Origin: a virus
Lineage: Duplodnaviria > Caudoviricetes
Direction: 5' to 3' (one strand)
Length of the DNA stretch: 29,367 nt
IMG/VR virus record: IMGVR_UViG_3300012682_000013
Span: 1 to 29,367 of that record
A program made the translations under genes and the position numbers. The first letter of the stretch is position 1; each line of letters opens with the position of its first letter. The notes beneath the pieces are model-generated. The model saw only the letters and a list, made by a program, of their open reading frames with translations. It ran no database searches and had not been told where the DNA came from. Positions 24,506 to 29,367 of the stretch are shown in pieces.

Positions 24506-25497
24506 TGGGCATCGGAAGCGGGCTGGGAGCTTCGCTGGGCTGGGCGGCAGAGCCGGCCTACGGCACCTACACAGCGCCGACCAGGTGGTACGAGTTCGAC
24601 AAGGAGTCGCTGGTCTACACCCCGAAGCGGATCGACGGGAAGGGGCTGGCCGCCGGCGTCATCGTCGACCGGTCATCGCAGCGACACACCGTCAGCCGGG
24701 ACGCCGGCGGGACCATCGACGGCATGGTGATGGCCAAGGGCATGGGCCTGCTCCTGGCCCACGCGATGGGGTCCACCGCCGTCCCGGTCCAGCAGGCCGC
24801 CACCGCCGCCTACAAGCAGACCCACGTCCTCGGCGACAACCGGGGCCAGTCCCTCACCATCCAGAAGGGCGTCCCCGACACGGGCGGCACAGCCCGCCCC
24901 TACAACATCCTCGGCTGCAAGATCAGCTCAGCCAAGTTCTCCTGCGCCAAGGACGGGCTGCTGATGTCCAGCTTCGGCGTCGACGGCCGCGACGTCCAAG
25001 AGACCTCACCGCTCGTCGCCCCCACCTACCTCACCGCCAACCCGGAGTTCGGGTTCGAGCAGGGCGTCTTCCAGATCGGTGCCTTGGGTTCGGAGGCCAC
25101 CAAGTTCGTCACCGGGTTCGACCTGACGATCACCCGCCCGTTGAAGGTCGACCGGTTCGGCCTCGACGGGACCGGGATGAAGCAGGAGCCGCTCATGAAC
25201 GGCCGGGTCGGGATCGCCGGGTCGATCGACACCGAGTTCGTCGACAAGGCCGCCTTCGCTGACATGTTCGCCAACGACACCCCGCAGTCGCTGGTCATCA
25301 GCTTCACCGGCCCCCTGATCGGTGGCGCCTTCAGCTACGGCATCACGTTCCGGGTGCCCTCCGTGCGGTGGAACGGCTCCGGCCCGTCGGTCGACGGGCC
25401 CGACGTCGTGAACCCGAAGATGAGCTTCAAGGGCTTCTACGACGACGTAAATGCACCGGCATCAATCGAGTACACCAGCACCGACGTCGCCGCATGA
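24505..25497 (+). CDS. Major tail tube protein
   Basis: MGIGSGLGASLGWAAEPAYGTY.AP.R, SLTIQKGVP, YTSTD C-terminus. Confidence 0.88.
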   Translation: MGIGSGLGASLGWAAEPAYGTYTAPTRWYEFDKESLVYTPKRIDGKGLAAGVIVDRSSQRHTVSRDAGGTIDGMVMAKGMGLLLAHAMGSTAVPVQQAATAAYKQTHVLGDNRGQSLTIQKGVPDTGGTARPYNILGCKISSAKFSCAKDGLLMSSFGVDGRDVQETSPLVAPTYLTANPEFGFEQGVFQIGALGSEATKFVTGFDLTITRPLKVDRFGLDGTGMKQEPLMNGRVGIAGSIDTEFVDKAAFADMFANDTPQSLVISFTGPLIGGAFSYGITFRVPSVRWNGSGPSVDGPDVVNPKMSFKGFYDDVNAPASIEYTSTDVAA

Positions 25498-25919
25498 TCC
25501 GACTGGGGGTTCAGGCAACCGGCTTCGCCGAGCTGTCCAGGGACGTCCGCCGGGCGAACAAGGGGCTGCAGGGCGACCTGCGGAAGAAGATGGCCGAGGC
25601 CGGCAAGATCGTCGCCGACGACTGGAAGCAGCGGACGTCGTGGTCGTCGAGGATCCCGGGGAGCATCCGGGTGTCGTCCACCGTGAAGGGAGTGAAGGTC
25701 GTCGGTGGTGGGGCCAAGGCGCCGCACACCGCTGCGCTCGAGGGGGGCAGTACCGGAGCGGCGACGTTCCGGCACCCGGTGTTCGGTCACGTCGACCGGT
25801 GGGTGGTCCAGAAGGCTCAGCCGGCGGCGCTGCTCGCTCTCGAGGCGAAGGTGGACGAGGCGGCCGAGAAGGCGGCGGAGGCGCTCGATGAGTGGGCGGC
25901 CGAGGCCGGGTTCCGGTGA
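25494..25919 (+). CDS. HK97 gp10-like tail-completion protein
   Basis: GFAELSRDVRR...WSSRIPGSIRV...APH...EGG...FRHPVFG...WVVQ. Confidence 0.65.
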   Translation: MIRLGVQATGFAELSRDVRRANKGLQGDLRKKMAEAGKIVADDWKQRTSWSSRIPGSIRVSSTVKGVKVVGGGAKAPHTAALEGGSTGAATFRHPVFGHVDRWVVQKAQPAALLALEAKVDEAAEKAAEALDEWAAEAGFR

Positions 25920-26080
25920 TCGACCCGGAGCGGCGGATGGTCCGCATCGAGCGGCTCGTCGACCAGGTCACCAAGACGCCACCGTCGCAGCGTGCGACGA
26001 AGTCACCACCGTCGCCGGCCAGACGGGAAGCAGCGAAGCGGGCCCGGGTGGCCCGCCGGCACAACCGAGGAGAGCGATGA
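25916..26080 (+). CDS. Small basic hypothetical protein
   Basis: GTGA/ATGA coupled at both ends; Arg-rich. Confidence 0.5.
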   Translation: MIDPERRMVRIERLVDQVTKTPPSQRATKSPPSPARREAAKRARVARRHNRGER

Positions 26081-26487
26081 AGATCCTGTGGAACGGCTCG
26101 GAGTGGGACTACGACCCTGGCCTGATCGACGTGCGGACCGGGGTGATCATCAAGCAGCACACCGGTCTCGGGCTGATCTCGTGGTCGAAGGCCGTCGACG
26201 ACGGTGACCCGGCCGCCGTCCAGGCGCTGCTGTGGGCGGTCCAAAGGCAGAACGGGGTGCAGGTCGACCCGAGCACGCTGAACTTCTCGATCTACGACTT
26301 CATGGCCGCGTTCAACGCCGCGGCCCTAGTGGACATGGAGGTGCGGGTGGAGGCGGAGCTGCGCCGCCTGGCCGTGGACCCTCCCGAGGGCGTCGAGGAC
26401 CAGGACGGAGTCACCCCCGAGCCGACGCCGACCTCGACGACCTCAGAGACCGCTACCTCGGAGCCCTCGGCCACCTCCAGCACCTGA
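26077..26487 (+). CDS. Tail assembly chaperone (G-like)
   Basis: GAGGAG RBS; lies before the tape measure; ends VDP plus a Ser/Thr-rich tail. Confidence 0.75.
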   Translation: MKILWNGSEWDYDPGLIDVRTGVIIKQHTGLGLISWSKAVDDGDPAAVQALLWAVQRQNGVQVDPSTLNFSIYDFMAAFNAAALVDMEVRVEAELRRLAVDPPEGVEDQDGVTPEPTPTSTTSETATSEPSATSST

Positions 26488-26576
26488 TCCCCGCCCAGGT
26501 CGACGCTCTCACCGTCCGGGACTTCCTCGGGCTGATCGGCTGCGTCGACGCCTACATCGACGCGCAGAAGGGCTGA
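26380..26576 (+). CDS. Tail assembly chaperone -1 frameshift extension (GT-like)
   Basis: The -1 frame reads ...DLRDRYLGALGHLQHLIPAQVDALTVRDFLGLIGCVDAYIDAQKG* and stops 3 nt before the tape measure. No obvious start of its own. Confidence 0.65.
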
Positions 26577-26579
26577 CGC

Positions 26580-28697
26580 ATGGCGGCACGCACGGTCACC
26601 CTGAACATCGTCGGCGACTCGTCCAGCGCCGAGCAGGCCCTCGACAAGACGGCCGGCGCGGCCGACCAGGCGTCCGGGAAGGTCGGCGCCGCCTTCGGCG
26701 GGCTCGGGTCGACGCTGAACCAGCTGACGGGCGGCGCGTTCTCCCCCCTGACCGATGCGATGGAGACGGCGAAGGCCGGCATGGCCAGCGTCGGCGACAC
26801 CGGCGACTCGCTCACGTCGAAGGCGGGGGCGTGGGGCGCTGGCATCGCCGCGCTGGGTGCCGCCTTCATCGCCTTCGGCGACAAGGAGAAGGAGGCGATG
26901 CAGGTCCTCGACGTCGCCATCGACAACACGGGCAAGTCTCACGAGGACTACGCCGACCAGGTCGCCGTGGCGATCGACAAGATGGCGAAGTACGGCTTCA
27001 CCGCGGTCGAGACGGAGCAGGCCTTGACCAAGCTGGTCCTGGCCACGAAGGACCCGGCGGTGGCGCTGGACCTGCTGACGACGGCGGCGGGGAAGGCGAC
27101 CGTCACCGGCAAGGGACTCGAGGGCGGGGCGGCGGCGCTGGTGAAGGAGCTGACGAAGGCCAACAAGGCCGCGGGCGTCGACGGTGTGAAGTCGATGAAG
27201 GCCTTGGAGACGGCGACGACGGCCTCGACGAGGGCGGAGGACCAGGCCGCTAAGGCCAAGGAGCGGCTCGCTGACCTTCAGGCGAAGCAGTCGGCCTCGA
27301 ACGGCAAGAGCGTGTCCGACAGCATCGCACTGCGGGGGGCGACCGAGGCGCTCAGCAAGGCCCGGTCGGCGTCGGCGGCCGGCGCGAAGAACGGGGCGGA
27401 GATGGTGGCCAACGCCCAGCAGCGCCTCGCTGATGTCCACGCCTTGCAGGCCGAGAAGATGAAGCCGACGGTCGCCGAGACGCTGGCGTTGCGCAACGCC
27501 CAGCAGGCCGTGAAGGAGACCGCGGCCAAGGTGGCCGAGACATCCAAGGGCGTCACCACCGCCCAGGAAGGGGTGACGGCCTCGCAGAAGAAGGGGGAGA
27601 CCGGGGCCGACGCGCTGAAGAAGAAGTACGACGGGCTCGCTGACGCCAACTCCAACTCGTTGAGCGGCTCGTTCCGCGCCCTCAAGGCCGAGGTGACGAA
27701 CACCGCTTCGGACCTCGCCCAGAAGTTCGGGCCCGCTCTGGCGATCGCCGGGACCGCCGCCGCCGGGATCGACGCAGTGATGAACGTTGGCACCGCCACC
27801 CTCCAAGCGTGGCGGACGATGAGGGCGGGGGCGACGGCGGCCCAGGCCACCGCGAATGTCGTCACCGCGAGCAGCATCCCGATCACGTGGGCGGCGCTCG
27901 GCCCGATCCTGCTGATCATCGCGGCGGCCGCCGCGCTCGGCATCGGTATCTACCTGCTGTGGCGGAACTGGGACACCGTGTGGGGCGCGATGAAGAAGGT
28001 GGTGACCGGCACGTTCGACTGGGTGAAGGACAACTGGCCGCTCCTGCTGGCCATCCTCACAGGCCCGTTCGGGCTGGCTGTCCTGTTCATCACGAAGAAC
28101 TGGGACAAGATCAAAGAATCAGTCGGCGGTGTCATCGACTGGGTGAAGGACAACTGGAAGGCAGTCCTGGACATCCTCACCGGCCCATTCCGCCTAGCCG
28201 TGGGGTTCGTGAAGGACCACTTCAAGGAGATCGTCGACTTCCTGAAAGGCATCCCGGGTGAGATCGCCGACATCGCCGCCGGCATCGGCCGCGGGCTGGC
28301 GAACCCGATCATCGACGCGATCAACGCCATCGCCGGCGCCTGGAACAGCCTCCACTTCTCGATCCCCAAGGTGGACCTCGGCCCGCTCGGCGACTTCGGT
28401 GGTGGTGATGTCCGGGTGCCGCAGATCCCGAAGATCCCCCGGTTCGCCGAGGGTGGCATCGCCACCGGGTTGACCCTGGCCGTGCTCGGCGACAACCCGT
28501 CCGGCCGGGAGGCGGTCGTCCCGCTCGAGCGGGCCGGTGAGTTCGGGTTCGGCGGCGGCGGCGGCGGCGGCGGCCAGGTGCCGGTGCACACCACGATCGT
28601 CCTTGACGGCCGGGCGATCGCCAGGGCGGTCACCCCAGGGGTGCGGGAGGAGCTGAACCGGATGGCGTTGAACAGCTCGACGCTGGCCGTCAGCTGA
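26580..28697 (+). CDS. Tape measure protein
   Basis: 705 aa, Ala/Lys-rich helical, with a TM segment and repeats DWVKDNW...ILTGPF.LAV; IPKIPRFAEGGIA...EAVVPL. Confidence 0.92.
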   Translation: MAARTVTLNIVGDSSSAEQALDKTAGAADQASGKVGAAFGGLGSTLNQLTGGAFSPLTDAMETAKAGMASVGDTGDSLTSKAGAWGAGIAALGAAFIAFGDKEKEAMQVLDVAIDNTGKSHEDYADQVAVAIDKMAKYGFTAVETEQALTKLVLATKDPAVALDLLTTAAGKATVTGKGLEGGAAALVKELTKANKAAGVDGVKSMKALETATTASTRAEDQAAKAKERLADLQAKQSASNGKSVSDSIALRGATEALSKARSASAAGAKNGAEMVANAQQRLADVHALQAEKMKPTVAETLALRNAQQAVKETAAKVAETSKGVTTAQEGVTASQKKGETGADALKKKYDGLADANSNSLSGSFRALKAEVTNTASDLAQKFGPALAIAGTAAAGIDAVMNVGTATLQAWRTMRAGATAAQATANVVTASSIPITWAALGPILLIIAAAAALGIGIYLLWRNWDTVWGAMKKVVTGTFDWVKDNWPLLLAILTGPFGLAVLFITKNWDKIKESVGGVIDWVKDNWKAVLDILTGPFRLAVGFVKDHFKEIVDFLKGIPGEIADIAAGIGRGLANPIIDAINAIAGAWNSLHFSIPKVDLGPLGDFGGGDVRVPQIPKIPRFAEGGIATGLTLAVLGDNPSGREAVVPLERAGEFGFGGGGGGGGQVPVHTTIVLDGRAIARAVTPGVREELNRMALNSSTLAVS

Positions 28698-29367
28698 TGC
28701 CCTACCCGACGACGCCGGTCCCCGGCTACCAGCTGCTCGTCGGGTTCGCCAACGCCGCCCTCGACGACTCGACCGGCTGGGTGGTCGACGCGCCCGGGGT
28801 GACGCCGGCGGCCGGCCACTGGACCGACATCTCCGCCTACGCCGACCGGTACGCGATCAAGCGGGGCCGCCAACCCCAGACCGGCCTCGTCGAAGCCTCT
28901 ACGTTGAACGTGCAGCTGCGGTCCGACGACGGCGAGTTCGCCACCTGGGGCACCACCGGCCGGTTCACCCCCTACCTCGGCCCGCTCCGCCAGGTCCAGG
29001 TGCGGGTCACCGTGGGCGGCGTCACCTACAAGCGGTTCACCGGGCACGCCTCCCGCTGGGGGCAGCGGTGGGGTCAGGTCGTCAACGAAGCCGAGCTGGA
29101 GGCCGCCGACCTGTTCCGCCTCCTCAACGGCACCAGCCTCGGCTCCGGCGCCTACGAGTCGGCGGTGCGGGCCGTCGCCACCCACTGGTGGCGGTTCAAC
29201 GACGACCCGGGCGCCGCCGAGGGCGCCGACTCGATCGTCGCGAACGCTGCGCCGATGCTGATCGGCGCCGCCGCCGACCACAGCCTGCCCGTGTTCGGCG
29301 GCCCGCCGATGGTGCTGGCCTCGCCCCGTGCCGGATCGGTCAGCCTCGGCCCGCACGCCGCCGGCAC
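28697..29367 (+). CDS. Minor tail/tail-tip protein (3'-truncated; missing from the ORF track)
   Basis: ATG coupled to the TMP stop; MPYPTTPVPGYQLLVGF...WTDISAY...IKRGRQ...RFTG...HWWRFND, open to the window end. Confidence 0.8.
   Translation, partial: MPYPTTPVPGYQLLVGFANAALDDSTGWVVDAPGVTPAAGHWTDISAYADRYAIKRGRQPQTGLVEASTLNVQLRSDDGEFATWGTTGRFTPYLGPLRQVQVRVTVGGVTYKRFTGHASRWGQRWGQVVNEAELEAADLFRLLNGTSLGSGAYESAVRAVATHWWRFNDDPGAAEGADSIVANAAPMLIGAAADHSLPVFGGPPMVLASPRAGSVSLGPHAAG

Larger units (their letters stand above)
1..29367. mobile_element. Temperate siphovirus-type prophage (HK97-like head), incomplete at both ends
   Basis: Integrase, immunity switch, recombination/replication, packaging, head and tail modules in canonical order. 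No att site or lysis genes are visible in the window. Confidence 0.95.

Noticed and set aside
28016-28202. 120-nt-period repeat in the tape measure gene
   Set aside because: Ordinary Trp-periodic tape-measure repeats, not a DGR template/variable pair. No reverse transcriptase is in the window.
28551-28574. (GGC)8 microsatellite
   Set aside because: In-frame poly-Gly linker near the tape-measure C-terminus; length changes would not shift the frame.
1-29367. tRNA, rRNA, att core and lysis cassette
   Set aside because: None recognisable by eye; att sites and lysis genes probably lie outside the window.

Overview
High-GC, actinobacterial-type temperate siphophage/prophage, cut off at both window edges. 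The order is: tyrosine integrase (5' truncated), a ~4 kb accessory region, an ImmA-like metalloprotease plus XRE repressor, a divergent Cro and excisionase-like pair, early genes (YfdP/YfdQ-like pair, PD-(D/E)XK exonuclease, RecT-like annealing protein, RuvC-like resolvase), DnaB, a replication initiator with an ori-like tract, HNH, a cos-like region, terminases, portal, protease, HK97-type capsid, neck, tail tube, tail chaperone, tape measure and a minor tail protein (3' truncated). The most unusual part is 831-4848. It holds self-contained cargo units: XRE/PyrE-like PRTase/small partner, a Zn-ribbon-HIRAN gene, a candidate antitoxin plus RelE-like pair, and a conserved unknown gene. These units are separated by related junctions (CCTGA stop, hairpin, CTCACCGT) and by what look like decayed copies of the integrase 3' end, which suggests an integrase-anchored cassette-accretion (possibly defence) hotspot. 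All calls come from reading motifs by eye; no database searches were run.
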